From positions 112,158,001 to 112,222,000 of the forward strand of contig OX597822.1 in the NCBI GenBank assembly GCA_951406725.2: a stretch of 64,000 nt of DNA. Direction: 5' to 3'. Below the pieces are notes generated by a model. That model was not told where the DNA came from. It did no database searches and worked only from the letters and a program-made list of their open reading frames with translations. This stretch comes from Octopus vulgaris. Its lineage: Eukaryota. The position numbers and the translations under genes were made by a program. Below are positions 1-14,000 of this stretch, piece by piece. How positions within the stretch are numbered: position 1 is the first letter of the stretch; each line of letters begins with the position of its first letter.

Positions 1-1487
1 GAACTCCACTAAAGAAACTCAAAGGCCTAGTGGTGGCAAAATTGTTAGAATGCTGGGCAAGACACTTGGTGGAATTTTACCCATCTTTATATTCTAAGTT
101 CAAATCCCACTGATGTTGACTTCACCTTTTATCTTTTTTGGGGGTCAATGAAATAAATACCAGTTGATCACTAGGGTTGATGCAACCAACTTACCCCGCC
201 CCTAAAATTGCTGGCCTGGTGCCAAAATTTGAAACCAATATGATACTATGAGTTTGGCAAAACAAAAAGTTTCTGATTTCTTTTTTAATATTGCAATTTA
301 TTAAAGATTTTGACAGAGCACTTTATATTAGGGAAACATAAAATATTCTTTATATATTTTCCTATGCCTCTTGCCATAGAGATTGAGGAGTGTTCTTGAA
401 AGATTATTGAAATATATCAATTAACAAGGAATCAAAACGTCGATATTTTTGTAGATTAGAATTGGATTTTCCAAGTATGGGGGATCCCCAACCCACCACC
501 TAAATGTGAGTTATCAATCAAGTTGGTTCAGTTACCTCAAAATTGTTGTCCCTTACAAGAGATCAATATGTTTGTACCATCAAGATCAGTGGTTCTCATC
601 TCCTTTTGGCCTGTGAACCACTTTAATACCTATTTTATTCAGGTGGACCCTCATAGCGATTTGATGTTTAAAATGTCCTATTATATCTCTATGATTATAT
701 ATTATCAGGTACCAAAATATTTTGTGTATTGTAGAATTATAAGCAATTTCTTGCGCACAATTTTTAACAAACAAAATCTTCTATGGACCCCAGTTGAGAA
801 CCACTGATCTACATAGGTGGTTTATTTGAGAAAAGTACTTGAGTTAGAATTCATTTCCCCACAGCATTTTCCTAGGCTCTTATAAATGGTGCCATTTTCT
901 CAATGTAACCAAGTATGAGCTTTTTTTTTTTTTTTTTTTGTTTGAGAGACTGAGAAATTTATTAATTTGCATAGAAACAGGAAAGGGTTGGCATAAAGAA
1001 GGGTTTCTGGCCTTAGAAAACTCTACCACAAGGTGGTCTCATGTGATTGAGCATGGAAGAGTAGATGTTAAAACAAGGGTGATGATGACAACGACAACGA
1101 CGACGATGATGATGACAATAACAGTAATAACAATGAGAATGATGATGATGAATTACTTGTATTTCATACAATTAGGAAGAAAATCAAATTATGAAACACT
1201 TAATTAAACAATCCCAACATTTAAAGGATGGTCTATTCATACTGTTTTTCTGCTAAGGAACCACAAATATAGGTCTCTCAAGATGTATGTTAAGATTAAA
1301 CATTTGTACAGGATGTGACATTGATAGCAAAGAAGTATGGAACTATCACAGGACCACTAATAATGAGAAGAAGTGACCATATCATTCTCAGACTCTCTCT
1401 CAAAATGGAGAAGTTTATTCCATTTATAATGAGTCGTAGAAAAATGGCAAAAAGAAAGAATAAACATAATGATGATTTGAATTAAGG

Positions 1488-2045
1488 TTCATCATCATCA
1501 TCATCATCATCGTTTAACGGCCGCTTTCCATGCTAGCACGGGTTGGATGGTTCAACTGGGATGTGGGAAGCCAGAAGGCTGCACCAGGCCAGTCAGATCT
1601 GGCGGTGTTTCTACAGCTGGATGCCCTTCCTAACGCCAACCACTCCATGAGTGTAGTGGGTGCTTTTTATGTGCCACCGAGACAGGTGCCAGACGAGGCT
1701 GGCAAACGGCTATGCTCGGATGGTGTTTTTTTTTGTGCCACCGACACAGGTGCCACGCTCGGATGGTGTGTTTTTTTGTGCCACCGACACAGATGCCAGA
1801 TGAGGCTGGTGAACGGCCACGCTTGGATGGTGTTTTTTACGTGCCACCGGCACAGAGGCAAGGCAAGGCTGGCAAGGCAAGGCTGGCACGGCCACGATCG
1901 GATGGTGTTTGTTACGTGCCACCAGCACGGAGGCCAGTTGATGCGGTGCTGGCTAAGGCCACGTTCGGATGGTTTTCTTATGTGCCACCGGCACTGGTAC
2001 CACAAAAATACAAATTCGATTGATGTTCATCGATTTTGATTTGAA
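1488..2045 (-). mobile_element. Meta-domain-like SINE with internal gtgccaccggcac repeats and a (GAT)n RTE-type tail. Other copies: ~12600-12822, 19165-19375, 24270-24598, 31912-32192, 35435-35707, 36117-36295, 37130-37400, 38308-38490, 40381-40630, 41962-42305, 48950-49377, 52527-52725, 62400-62796, 63113-63495
   Basis: Shared core ggttggcgttaggaagggcatccagctgtagaaa and tail ggacgttaaacgatgatgat. Confidence 0.85.
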
Positions 2046-2114
2046 GGTTCAAGTTTAATATACTTGTGTCACCAATGACCAAGCCTTTAGCTTCATTTGT
2101 ATTGAATTCTTGGC

Positions 2115-2553
2115 AGGCGTAGGAGTGGCTGTGTGGTAAGTAGCTTGCTTATGAACCACATGGTTCCGGGTTCAGTCCCACTGCGTGGCAACTTGGGCAA
2201 GTGTCTTCTACTATGGCCCCAGGCCGACCAAAGCCTTGTGAGTGGATTTGGTAGATGGAAACTAAAAGAAGCCTGTCGTATATATGTATATACATATATA
2301 TAAATATGTGTGTGTATGTGTGTGTGTATATGTTTGTGTGTCTGTGTTTGTCCCCCCCCCCCACCACCACCACCAACATCACTTGACAACCGATGCTGGT
2401 GTGTTTACGTCCCTGTAACTTAGCGGTTCGGCAAAAGACACCGATAGAATAAGTACTAGGCTTACAAAGAATAAGTCCTGGGGTCGATTTGCTCGACTAA
2501 AGGTGGTGCTCCAGCATGGCCACAGTCAAATGACTGAAACAAGTAAAAGAGAG
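2115..2553 (+). mobile_element. tRNA-derived SINE with an internal TA/TG microsatellite. Other copies: 4511-4908, 20951-21365, 29046-29460, 42346-42757 (-), 45241-45565, 56795-57095
   Basis: A/B-box head gtggctgtgtggtaag..ggttcagtccc; tail tgactgaaacaagtaaaagag. Confidence 0.88.
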
Positions 2554-2727
2554 TAACTGCCAGACGAGATGGTGAAGATGCCGACGACCGCTTTGTTCAA
2601 AGCCTCCCTGGACCTCAAGTGGCCTGAACTCTTTACATGAACACCACCCTGTACTTAACTCCATGTCCCCCTACATGGCCTTGCTATTTGCTTTTGAGCC
2701 AAATTAACTAACTAACTAACATCTATC

Positions 2728-2843
2728 TATTTATAATAAGAGGTCTAGTTTGGATTTGAAACCTGAACTCTTGGTTCACGGACTTTAAATCTCAGCACAT
2801 TTGCAAGCTGGTGTTTTTAATTTAATTTCTTCTGTAGGTGAGT
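2728..2843 (+). promoter_or_regulatory. Candidate TATA-like box and non-coding first exon (ending 2837) of the cyt c-like gene
   Basis: atttataataag at ~2729-2740 and a strong donor ag|gtgagt at 2837/2838. Coding exon 1 has a splice acceptor, so an upstream exon is required. Confidence 0.4.
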
Positions 2844-3008
2844 AACAAAACCAAACATGTCCTTTTAATCCTCTTGACCCTGTTATTTGTGACTTTTTTC
2901 TAATGGACTGCCATAAAGACAAAGGTTGGTAATTTAGTTGGTGCCTGGCATCAAATCACAGAAGCAGTGGTAGAAATGAGTCACTGCAACCGGTCAGCAA
3001 TAGCAATG

Positions 3009-3375
3009 GAGGCACAATGGCCCAATGTTTAGGGCAGCGGACTTGCGGTTGGAGGATCGCGGTTTTGATTCCCAGACCGGGCGTTGCGTGTGTTTATTGA
3101 GCGAAAACCCCATGAGGCTCCAGCATGGGGTGGTGGCAACCCCTGTTCTACACTTTTGCTCCAACTTTCTCTCACTCTTTCTTCCTGTTTCTTGTCCCCC
3201 GACTTTCTACGCAACCGCTGAGCCTGGATGCGCATTCGTCCATCCGTCGATGCTCTCGGTGTCGGGGGTTGACCTGCTTTCTCTTCTGCGGGTCTTACGA
3301 ATAGCAGAGGATCACGTTTCGGACTTCTCCCACTCTGGGACGAAGACCGCTTCGCTCAACAAACAAACAAACAAA
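3009..3375 (+). mobile_element. Fourth tRNA-derived SINE family (minus-strand copies at 32980-33338 and 38520-38820)
   Basis: Head ggaggcgcaatggcccagtggttagg..ggtttcgattccc shared among copies. Confidence 0.75.
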
Positions 3376-3651
3376 CAAATCAGCAATAGCAAACACCATT
3401 GCCATTGATGGCTGCTTTAGTTGGTCACTTATAAAGAGAGTTACAACCATTAAGTTGTTTAATGTAACACACACACACACAAATACAGGGATGCATTTGT
3501 GTTCACCAACCGATTTCTTGTTATTGCTTAGACAATATTCCCGGAATTGTTACTGTTAAGCTGACAATTGTAGTCTCTATGAAGATAAACATATTTTAAT
3601 ATTTGAAAGGAAACTTTGGCAATGAGTTGACAATCATTAGCATGCTGGTTA

Positions 3652-4440
3652 AAGGTGGTGAGCTGGCAGAAACGTTAGCATGCCGGGCAAAATGCTTAGC
3701 GGTATTTCGTCTGCCACTATGTTCTGGGTTCAAATTCTGCCGAGGTCGACTTTGCCTTTCATCCTTTCGGGGTCGATAAATTAAGTACCAGTTATGCACT
3801 GGGGTCAATATAATCGACTTAATCCGTTTGTCTGTCCTTGTTTGTCCCCTCTGTGTTTAGCCCCTTGTGGGTAATAAAGAAATAGGTATTTCGTCTGCTG
3901 CTACATTCTGAGTTCAAATTCCACTGAGGTTGACTTTGCCTTTCATCCTTTCGGAGTCGATTAAATAAATACCAGTTATCCACTGGGGTCGATATAATCG
4001 ACTTAATCCGTTTGTCTGTCCTTGTTTGTCCCCTCTGTGTTTAGCCCCTTGTGGGTAGTAAAGAAATAGGTATTTTGTCTGTCGTTACGTTCTGAGTTCA
4101 AATTCCGCCGAGGTCGACTTTGCCTGTCATCCTTTCGGGGTTGATAAATTAAGTACCAGTTACGCACTGGGGTCGATATAATTGACTTAATCCATTTGTC
4201 TGTCCTTGTATGTCCCCTCTGTGTGTAGCCCCTTGTGGGTAGTAAAGAAATAAGAATCATTAGCATGCTGGGCAAAATACTTAACAACATTTAGTCTGTC
4301 TTTTACACTCTGAATTCAAATTCCACCAAGGTCAACTCAGCCTTTAATCCCTCTGGGGTCGATAAAATAAGCACCAGTTGAGTACTGGGGTCAACATAAT
4401 TGACTTCTTACCTCCCCTGAAACTGCTGGCCTTGTACAAA
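3652..4440 (+). mobile_element. tRNA-derived SINE with a Nin/Deu-like core, tandemly iterated (~180-bp unit). Other copies: 25-237, 22293-22527, 43900-44120, 48233-48460, 51950-52350 (-), 61535-61855 (-)
   Basis: Head gagctggcagaaacgttagc..gttcaaattcc; core gactttgcctttcatcctttcggggtcgataaattaagtacc. Confidence 0.85.
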
Positions 4441-5002
4441 AAATTTGCAATCAATGTTTTAAAGGAAATTCATTGATTTATTCTTTCATAAGACATTTTT
4501 ATTCTTTTTTAGGCATAGGAGTGGCTGTGTGGTAAGTAGCTTGCTTACTAACCATATGGTTCCAGGTTCAGTCCCACTGCGTGGAACCTTGGGCAAGTGT
4601 CTTCTGCTATAGCCTTGGGCCGACCAAAGCCTTGTGAATGGATTTGGTAGATGGAAACTAAAAGAAGCCCGTTGTATATATGTATGTATGTGTGTGTGTC
4701 TATGTTTATCCCCCCAACATCGCTTGACAACCTATGCTGGTGTGTTTACGTCCCCGTAACTTAGCGGTTCGGCAAAAGAGACTGATAGAATAAGTACTAG
4801 GCTTACAAAGAATAAGTCCTGGGGTCGATTTGCTCGACTAAAAGCGGTGCTCCAGCATGGCCACAGTCAAATGACTGAAACAAATAAAAGAGTAAAAGAG
4901 TAAAAGAGCAACAACAGTCAATATACCAATTCTTGATGTTTAGTTCAGTAACTGTAATGTGGAAAAAAAAAAAGTATGTTTTTTTTTCTGTTTTAGGACA
5001 TC

Positions 5003-5051
5003 ATGAAGCTCATTGTTTTGGCAGTATTACTCTGCATGGTTATAAATTTTG
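5003..5051 (+). CDS. Cyt c-like gene coding exon 1: signal peptide [16 protein letters not shown]
   Basis: Polypyrimidine tract and ttttag acceptor at 4996, ATG at 5003, donor G|gtaagt at 5051/5052. MK followed by a hydrophobic core. Confidence 0.75.
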
Positions 5052-8000
5052 GTAAGTAACTATAATACAAGTATTTAATAATAATAATAATGAAATTATT
5101 GTATACAGTGCTCAGGTGCACCACAACTTGTCAAAAGTGTGTATAAAGCATATGCAGTAATGTACAAATGTCTGGGAGGTGAACAGTGTATGAGTCAGAT
5201 ACAAGCTTGCGTGTGTATGGAGGGGAGAAAGATCAGGTGTAGCATTGGCGAATCTCAGGAAGCATGGAAGTTTTGAAGGATGCAGTGCTCAGACAACTAA
5301 CAACTGATGCCGGCAGTTTGTTCCATGCTTCAGCAACTCTCAGCGTGAAAAAACTTTTTTCGAAATTAATAGGAGCTGTGCTGTTTTCTGACTTTGTAAA
5401 CATCTCCACGAGTGTTAGACAGGTGGAGTTTGAAAAGGTACTCAGAGTTATTGTTAGTAATAATAATAATAATAATAATAATAATGAAATTATTGTATAC
5501 AGTGCTCAGGTGCACCACAACTTGTCAAAAGTGTGTATAAAGCATATGCAGTAATGTACAAATGTCTGGGAAGTGAACAGTGTATGAGTCAGATACAAGC
5601 TTGCGTGTGTATGGAAGGGAGAAAGATCAGGTGTAGCATTGGCGAATCTCAGGAAGCATGGAAGTTTCGAAGGATGCAGTGCTCCGACAACTAACAACTG
5701 ATGCCGGCAGTTTGTTCCATGCTTCAGCAACTCTCAGCGTGAAAAAACTTTTTTCGAAATTAATAGGAGCTGTGCTGTTTTCTGACTTTGTAAACATCTC
5801 CACGAGTGTTAGACAGGTGGAGTTTGAAAAGGTACTCAGAGTTATTGTTAGTAATAATAATAATAATAATAATAATAATGAAATTATTGTATACAGTGCT
5901 CAGGTGCACCACAACTTGTCAAAAGTGTGTATAAAGCATATGCAGTAATGTACAAATGTCTGGGAGGTGAACAGTGTATGAGTCAGATACATGCTTGCAT
6001 GTGTATGGAGGGGAGAAAATCAGGTGTAGTGTGGGCGAATCTCAGGAAGCATGGAAGTTTTGAAGGATGCAGTGCTCCGACAACTAACAACTGATGCCGG
6101 CAGTTTGTTCCATGCTTCAGCAACTCTTAGCGTGAAAAAATGTTTCCGAAAGTCATGGAAGGAGCTGTGCTGTTTTCTGACTTTGTAAACATGTCCACGG
6201 GTGTTAGACAGGTGGAGTTTGTTTAGCAGTAGATAAAGTTTCTGTGATAGAGTTATTGAATGTTATATTCTCAGTTTTATTATAAACATTTACAAACTTG
6301 TTTTTTTTTTTCAAAGACCAATGGTTTTGCTCAAAAAATCAATTATCTTGTCTCTCTATAGTAGACAAACTTGTCTAAATTTATAAAATTTATTGGTTGA
6401 CATTATAATTTAACCCTTTAGCGTTCAAATTAATATGTCAGAAGTAATCCTTATTCATTTACATTTAAAAAAATTAACCTGGTATTATCTTGTAGCTTCA
6501 AGATTTGAAAGATGTAATTGTTTATTTTAGAATGACATTGCAGGGTAGGTGTGAGATACTGGTTCTGGCCAGTTTGAGCATAAAATGAGTAGACTATTTG
6601 GGCTGGATATAGCCGGTTTAAACACTAAAGGGTTAAGTTGAATTGTTCAAGTGACAGCATCCATATGGAAGAGCAGTTGATAACTCTTTAATTGATAACT
6701 GTTTTATGCCACCAGGGCTTTCACCAACTTGCCCTCTGAGTCCCCAAAGGTCATCCTCAAGCTTGACCTTAAAATGCTTTTAACTCCATCAGTCGAGACA
6801 TCATCCTCCACACAGTAAGGGAAAATTCCCCACCACTTTATCACTTTGCTTGGCAAGCCTATCAGGAGCCCTGCTAGACTCCATCTGCTTCTGCAGTCTA
6901 ACAGGGTGATCCATTTGGTCCTGCCCAATTCGCATTGGGTATTAATGATGTTACCTTGATGGGAGCCGACCTTGACCTAAATGTCTGGCACCTCGATGAT
7001 GCTTCTTTGGGAGACCCTCCTGACAAGGTACTTGCAACTGTGAGGACAATGATTGAGGAACTTGGTCATAGGGGTCTTAGTGTTAACAGCTCCAAATGCA
7101 AGCTCTGGTGCTTCAACCGCCCAGCTTTGCATGAGCAGACTACTAAACTATTTGTTGACTCTTTCCCCTCAATAGCAATTCCTCCTTCATCAGCATGGTG
7201 CTCCCTTAGAGCCCTAATTACTGACCTAGCTTTCAAGTCCATCTTTAAATCCAAAATGAAAAACCTTGAACAACTTTTAAAAGCCTTGAAGTAAGTGAGC
7301 CCCACCAAGATCTTTTGGTACTTAGGAATTACTTGTCAATTCCTAAGCTATTGTATTTTCTGAGAGTTGGCCCCTCTTACAGATTCCTGTTGTCCCTTCT
7401 ATACTTTGATGACCTAATCTTCAGGAAACTTGAATGCTTGGTCAATGTCAAACTCTCTCCAGACTCCCACAACCAAGCTGCTTTGCCCAAATGGTTTGGG
7501 GGTCTAGGTCTGCGCAAGTGCTCATCTTTATATCTTCCCTGTTGTCTTTCCTCCACCCACACTTGCTCCCCTTTAGAAGGCAACATCCTCACCTCTCCAG
7601 CATGGACTAATTCCAACAGGGAGATGGATTAAGCTCAATTACAGTGGAGAGAGCTGGGTTTGTCAGTTCTGGTTACAGTAGAGGATAGACAGAAACAGAG
7701 AGTATGGGACAGTCTGCATTCAAGTGCCACTTTCAGCTCTCTCCTTGTAATAGGGCAAAATTCTCAGGGGACTGGATTGACGACCTGCCAATGGCCAACA
7801 TTGGAGGTCTACTCAGTCTGTCCAGATCATCTCTGCATCTCCATCACACTCAGAGTGGGAGCTGACGTCTGTAGGGGACTCGGATGCCGCTGTGGTAGGC
7901 CCCTCAACCCAACAGGTCTTTAAGGTCTGTCTTGCCACCTAAATGCTGGTCACTTCACTTGTCACACCAAGCTAAACCCTAATCCTTAAGCCAATCCTGG

Positions 8001-11000
8001 CTCGGATTAATATCCCCTCAGTTCTGGAGCTGCCAGGGTTATCCAGAAGTGATGGAAAGAGACCAGATGGTCTTATCCTCTGTCCCTGGGTTAGAGGTAG
8101 CCAGCAACAAACATCTGACCTCATTCCACAGGACTCACTATCACAACAGCCTGTTTCTGCTACTACATCACCAGTACCTGACCCGATTCCACCTGCTAGC
8201 CCTGCTGTTGCAAGTCAAGTTTCACTGCTGCTACAGCAACAACAACACTCTGCTATAGAAAAATCACCCATACACCCATATCAAACACCCTGCCGTTACT
8301 ATGCTCAAGGTAACTGTAAATTTGGCCCCAGCGGCAACAACAATGAGGGACGCTGTGCTTTTTTCCATCCTACTTTATGTCGTAGACTTGTTAAGGGCAC
8401 CTGTCCATATTGTATAACAGGAAAAAACTGCCCTCACCTCCACCCCAAATACTGTCCTAAATACAGAGTCCATGGTCCTGATCCCAAATATGGATGCACA
8501 AAAGGCAATAGATGCACCTTCTTTCATCCTAAACTGTGCCAAACTTCTGTGTCACTAAGGATGTGCCTGAACCCAGAATGCAACCACCACCATCTGAAGG
8601 GCACAAAACGATCACAAAATAGATATAAACAGCAACAGAGGAGATCTTCAACAACAATAAAAACAAAATACAACCACGTTTCCCCTCCTACAATCAAACA
8701 ACGAAGACAGAACCATGAAAAAACCATAACACCAAATAACATAAACATGAAATATGTATCCTCCGACCAAGTGGCAAACCAAAGTGGTAACTCTATTTTA
8801 CTGACTTACCTAGAAAATATGAAGGCCGACCTAAGCCAGGAGATCCAACGAGCTATCAGCAACCACCTATGCAAATCACAAGGACCACACACCCACTACT
8901 AACAAGAAAATCATACACACACAGCTCCATACAAGAACTACCCACATTGTTACCACTGAACAACTTAGAACAATGCAAACATCAAACTTCACTTACCTCG
9001 ACATTCCTATTAAATGTACGTGGCATCAACCCATCAATTATTGCCCAAAAATGGAAGATCCCATATATAGAGAGTTGGCTTGCCGAAACGACACATTGCT
9101 TCCCTTTCTTTATCCTTACCGAGACTCACCTGAACAACACCCATATAGACGCCGAGGTGAAAATAAAAGATTTCACCATTGTTCGTGCGGATCGCACAAA
9201 CCGAAATAAGGGAGGGACAGCCATCTTTATCCATGACTCCTTCTCACTTGATGCCAAGGACATATTTTCCAATGGCTACTGTGAATCGGTATCACTATAC
9301 AACAAAGCCAAGGGCATAACCATTGTTGGTCTTTACAGGCCTCCCCAAGCACCTTTAAAGTGCTTTGAAGAGTGCCTTAGCAAAGTCAAGTCCTTCCTTT
9401 GGAAGTACCACTCCGGAAACATACTAGTGATGGGTGATTTTAACCTCCCTCATGTGAACTGGCCCACAAATACTCTGAAGTTAGGCAAGTGCTCTACATC
9501 AGATAGAGCAGCAGCAGAACTGCGCTTTAATCTAATGGATGAATACTTCCTGACTCAGCTAGTGCTCGAACCAACGAGACAGAATAAAACGATCTTGGAT
9601 CTGGTATTGACCAACCACTCTAGCTTCGTTCACAGTATTTCAGTTGAAAAAATTCTCCTCTCAGACCACAACATGGTACTCTGCAATTTCAATTCCCAAC
9701 ATATAAAAACCAAGCCAGCCAATCCCACTCCATGGCACTCATTTGATAGCATAAATTTCCACAAAGCGGACTGCGGAGCAATCAGAAAGGATCTGTCTTT
9801 CATCGACTGGTCTTTTACTCTCAATTCCACCTATGTTGAGACCGCATGGCAGCACTTTCAAAACATTGTCACATATACATGCTCTAAACACGCTCCCACG
9901 AAATCTAACACAAACAGAAATTGGCTCCCTAAAAAGAAAAAAACACTCATCAGGCGCATCAAAAGACTTAACAAAAAAATCAAACAATTAAAATATTCCC
10001 ACAAACAACATCCACATTCAACAACAATGAAAAGGCTAGAGCTGGAAAAACTTCATCTGCAGAACGACATGAAAACCTCCATTGAAAATCAAAGAGCTGC
10101 GGAGGAACAGTGGGTAATCAAAAACATCAAACAGAACCCAAAAGTGTTGTATTCCTATGCAAATAAGCATAGAATCACTGTCTCACCCATTGGGCCATTG
10201 ATTGATGCTAACGGCATTCCCCAACACGATGCTAAAGAAATGGCAGAAATACTGCAGAAACGATACTGCTCTGTCTTTAGTGTTCCCACTGATATTGACG
10301 TAAGAGAAGCGAACGAAATTGATTCCCAACATAAAGTCTCGGACATAACCTTTCACTGCCTCTGACATCATAGCAGCAATATATGAGATTAAATACTATT
10401 CTGCTGTAGGCCTTGATAGATTCCCCGCTAGTCTCCTGAAGGAATGTAGACACCAACTTGCAGTCCCTCTGACCAACCTCTGGAGAAATTCGTTAGACGC
10501 AGGTTATATACCGAAACAGTTTCTATCCCAGTCAGTCATCCCGGTTTTCAAACAGGGAAACAGATCCCTCGCACTCAACTATAGCCCAATCTCACTCACC
10601 TCCAACATCATCAAAGTGTTTGAAAGAGTGTTAAGATCAAGGATGGCTGACTTCCTGGAGACCCAGAAACTCCTAAATGCAAATCAGCATGGCTTTCACT
10701 GTGGCAGGGACTGTCTAACACAGCTCTTACACAACATTGAAGATGTACTCAAAGCCTTGGGAACAGGTTCGAACTCTGATGTCATATATCTTGACTTCAG
10801 TAAAGCGTTCGACAGGGTAGACCATAATATCCTACTCTCAAAATTGTCAAATGTTGGAATCCGTGGAAAAGTTCTACACTGGATCAAGTATTTCCTGGCG
10901 AATAGAACACAACATGTTGTAGTTGATGGAGTTCACTCAAGCCCAGCAAAAGTCACCAGCGGTGTCCCCCAGGGGACTGTCTTGGGTCCGCTACTCTTCA

Positions 11001-14000
11001 TAATCTACATAAACGACCTTTCCAGTGTAGAACATTACTGCAAAGTGAAAATATTTGCTGATGACACCAAGCTCCAGCAAATCGTCAATGAAGAAGCAGA
11101 CCGAACTCAACTCCAGTCTGATCTATATGCTGTGAGTCAATGGGCAGACAAACAAAATGCAACTGAACGAGGGAAAATTTGAGCTGATGCATTTTGGAAG
11201 AAATTCCTCACTAAAACAGCCATACTCTCTTCCTTCAGGGGAACCGCTCACAGCCTCTAACAACATCAGAGACCTGGGTGTAATTGTTGATGACGATCTC
11301 AGTTGGAGTGCACACATCAACAAGAAGGTCGATATAGCTCGTAGGATGAGTTCCTGGATCTTAAGAACTTTCCAGTCCAGAGAACAAGGTGTCATCATAC
11401 CACTCTTCTCCTCCTTTGTATGGCCACAGCTCGAATACTGCTGCCCACTGTGGTCTCCCCATACAAGACAAAACATCTCGAGGATTGAATCATCCCAGAG
11501 AGCACTCACTAAACGAATGGAAGGCATGGCTGCTCTCGATTATTGGGATCGCCTTAAAGCCTTGAAACTCTACTCTCTCCAGCATCGCCGTGAGCAGTAC
11601 ATCATTTGTACGATGTGGAGAATATACCGCCAACTTTGCCCAAACGACCTGAACATAAGCTTCAAGGTTCATCCAAGACTGGGACCACGGGCCATACGTC
11701 TCCTGCCCAATTCAAGATCACAGCATACATATACACTACAACATAATTTCTTTTCCTCAACAGGCCCTGCCCTATTTAACATTGTCCCGAAAGAGATCAA
11801 AGAGGAACTGGATCCCATCAACTTTAAACGGAGTCTGGATAGATTCCTTCAAAGAATACAAGACAAGCCACCCATAATTGGATACAATTCACCCAACAAA
11901 AACTCACTACTTGAATGGACCATAAGCAAAACTTGACTTAAACAGGATTCAAATAATCCTATCAGGTGGTGCTATTAAGTTAGACATGGCCTAGAACAAT
12001 CATTGGTCGAAACACATCTAAGTTTATAATGTTAGTGCAGTATAAGAAGAAAAGAATTCTATTATTCTGGGCAAGGTCATTTTTGAATTAAATCTTATGG
12101 TTCTGATGGATGAATTCTGGGTACATATGTTAAGGAGTTGTGTGTAAGAATGGAGATGTTGAATCATCTGGAATACTGCAGGCCAACTTAGTTTTGAGCT
12201 TTGATAAGTTTTAATTTCTAATACATTTAAATAAAAGTTTCATGTATCATATCCATTTTTTAATGAAAAATAAATTTAGAGTAAAATTCAACAAAACCAC
12301 CTTTTAGTTTTGTAGTGACACCATTTTGGAAGTCTTCAGCACACATGCATAGAGTTGGATTTCTTCCGGGTGGCTTGCCGGAAGTTCCCTCATGCACATG
12401 TGCAGAGAACTAGCAGCAGCAAAATTTCCCTCTCTCGAAGCTGACAGTCAAATGGAAAGGACGTGTTTTAGCTGCTCTCCCGAGCTGCCACCATGTGGCG
12501 ATGCTACACTATGCTGGAACGAGACAGGATTTGGTTCACTCCATTTGACCACTGCGACTAGTTCCTAGGCTACAGATTCAACCTGAAAGAAATGCATGCC
12601 AGCGCCGCCTTGACTGGCTTCCATGTTGGTGGCACGTAAAAAGCACCCACTACACACATGGAGTGGTTGGCATTAGGAAGGGCATCCAGCCGTAGAAACA
12701 TTGCCAGATCAGACTGGATCCTGGTGCAGCCTCCTGGCTTCCCAGACCCCTGTCAAATCGTCCAACCCATACTAGTATGGAAAACGGGCGTTAAACGATG
12801 ATGATGATGACGATGATGATGATACTGCGAATCCAGAAATAAAAATATTTTATTCTGTTTGAAGATATTCGGAAGTCTTGGCTTTTCCTTCGATAAATAA
12901 TTTGATGTAAGGGGATGAAAGCTGCCCCCCCCCCCCCAGTGTTACAGACCTTTCATCTTGTTACAGTTTTAATTTGTTGTATTCTCATTGATTGAGCAGA
13001 TTTATGATCAAAGATGACTCAACTGTAATCATCAATGGTATATTCAACCACAATGTATCTTGACCATGTCATCCAGTGTTTCCTTCCTTTTTAAAAAATA
13101 GTAGAATGTGATTTGGGAGGCATTTGGTTGTTATTTGCAGCAGGTTGAGTAATGACATAGTTACCACGTCAATGGTTCGAGTTTTTGACTCGTGACACTC
13201 AGTATCTTATATGTATTTAACAAACAATTAATGTAACAATATCTTTCATGTTATTACATGTTCCAAAATATATGCATTTACATTATTTCAACAACAAAAT
13301 GGAAAATATGTTTTAACATTAGAATACCGAGACTTTCTAATTATTATTTTGGTAACAAAAGTTAATTTGCTTTGCACCCTTAATATAACATCCTTCAATG
13401 AATTGTCTCCGCTTCAATGTAAGATGGCTTTTTGTCTATTCAAAACAAAATGTTTTGCAAGAATTTCATCACCTTTAAACTCTACTAATCAATGATGCTA
13501 TCATGATGTAATAAAGGAAAACATTCCTGTCTTTGATATGATAATAATTCAAATTTTCTCATCTTATTGCTACTTCAGATACCTGTTTGGGAACTGCAGA
13601 TGGAAACACCATTTTTAAGAGAGCAATACGATCGTAAGAAATAAAATTTTTAAGCTCTGAAGATTACAATTTTATATTTGAACAATTGTATAATATACTA
13701 GCAGTATCGCCTGGCATTGCTCGGGTTTGTTTCGACCCTTTAGAATTGGAATTTTTGAAAAGTAAAAATTTTGCATTATGTAGCTTGTTATTCTCTTTAA
13801 GTGAACATTTTTCTGGTTGAAATACACTGAAAAATGGTGACACAGCAGTCAAAAAATCGCAAAATATAGGGGTTTTCATAGAAAAAAAGCACCTTTTTGA
13901 TGTAAATAATTTTTGGTGTTAACATGGTCTGATTTGAATTTTTTCTTGTACAGAAGGAAGAGCAAGCCTTCTTCTGTCATACTCTCAATTTTGGTCAACT

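Noticed and set aside
1660-2000. Regularly spaced gtgccaccggcac repeats resembling a CRISPR array
   Set aside because: Internal tandem repeats of a SINE. The spacers resemble one another, the context is eukaryotic and there are no cas genes.
1530-2039. Recurring ORFs (MLARVGW..., CHRHR..., [12 protein letters not shown]...) that look like a gene family
   Set aside because: They are translations of SINE copies.
2115-2190. tRNA genes at SINE heads
   Set aside because: A/B boxes are present, but they run into SINE bodies and no intact cloverleaf is evident.
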